DNA of 64,000 bases from Chloroflexota bacterium (GTDB taxonomy: Bacteria > Chloroflexota > Dehalococcoidia > Lucifugimonadales > JADFKI01). Numbering within the stretch: the stretch's first letter is position 1; every line of letters starts with the position of its first letter. Of the stretch, positions 63,903-64,000 are shown in pieces. The position numbers and the translations under genes are program-made. Under the pieces are notes generated by a model that made no database searches, was not told where the DNA came from, and saw only the letters and a list, made by a program, of their open reading frames with translations. The DNA lies in the NCBI GenBank assembly GCA_009840355.1, contig VXNZ01000017.1, positions 925 to 64,924 of the forward strand, given 5' to 3'.

Positions 63903-64000
63903 CTAATCGCGGCGCAGCCAGTTTCTGCCATCGCGCGCTAACAGTTCGTCAGCGGCTGCGGGTCCCCAGCTACCGGGTGCGTAGATGTGCAACGGCGAGA
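63903..64000 (-). CDS. zwf: Glucose-6-phosphate dehydrogenase, C-terminal end only (gene continues beyond right edge)
   Basis: The reverse frame reads SPLHIYAPGSWGPAAADELLARDGRNWLRRD* with its stop at 63903-63905. Y.AGSWGP..AD.LL.RDGR.W is the conserved Zwf C-terminus. Confidence 0.7.
   Translation of the reverse strand, partial: SPLHIYAPGSWGPAAADELLARDGRNWLRRD

Noticed and set aside
63734-63931. A 65-aa minus-strand ORF (MAETGCAAISRR...).
   Set aside because: Its 5' end overlaps, out of frame, the clearly conserved C-terminus of glucose-6-phosphate dehydrogenase (stop at 63903-63905). The remainder has no supporting features.
1-64000. I scanned for CRISPR arrays, rRNA/tRNA/tmRNA/RNase P/SRP RNA hallmarks, transposases, integrases, phage genes and known defence-system genes.
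   Set aside because: I saw no regularly spaced direct repeats, no conserved RNA signature strings, and no recombinase, transposase or defence-type protein motifs in any long ORF. The window looks like core chromosome.

Overview
This is a 64-kb, GC-rich (roughly 60% by eye), very gene-dense chromosomal segment. I call 63 protein-coding genes on both strands, including one probable gene remnant. I also call 8 hairpin terminators, one Fur-family operator, two sigma70-like promoters (one near-consensus, one weak) and a short dispersed repeat family. I see no rRNA, tRNA, CRISPR array, transposase, integrase or phage genes. Gene order and content include rpmB divergent from DAK2/YloV-DegV-RecG, YebC-RuvC-RuvA, PriA, L19, HU and DUF948+YtxH. 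They also include lipobox proteins with Pro/Ala-rich tethers, DUF1800/DUF1501, and many CoA-transferase, luciferase-like monooxygenase, SDR, VOC, NHL and MFS genes. This fits a monoderm Chloroflexota-like, possibly marine SAR202-type, heterotroph, but that placement is inference only. The most notable result is two genes that ORF calling splits or truncates at in-frame TGA codons. In each case the TGA sits exactly on a redox-active Cys position of a CxxC motif. One is an AhpD/CMD-like protein (C-R-F-U, 5375-5929). The other is a TlpA/ResA-like thioredoxin-fold lipoprotein (W-U-G-T-C, 61328-62020). Both are probable selenoproteins. The second lies in a run of three exported lipoproteins: HtrA, the Sec-thioredoxin and DUF3179 (CPLC motif). 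Other items worth a look:
- a hairpin-plus-AAGGTTAGGAT intergenic repeat family
- a Fur-family regulator with a 7-1-7 operator heading a DUF1800-DUF1501-NHL gene string
- an MfnB-like aldolase fused to a TusA-like domain
- a zinc-ribbon/RDD and PrsW/zinc-ribbon membrane pair with a local GC dip
- a translationally coupled UbiD-UbiA-UbiX triad followed in-frame by a truncated PHP-domain remnant

All functional calls come from my own motif recognition on the supplied translations. No database search was run.
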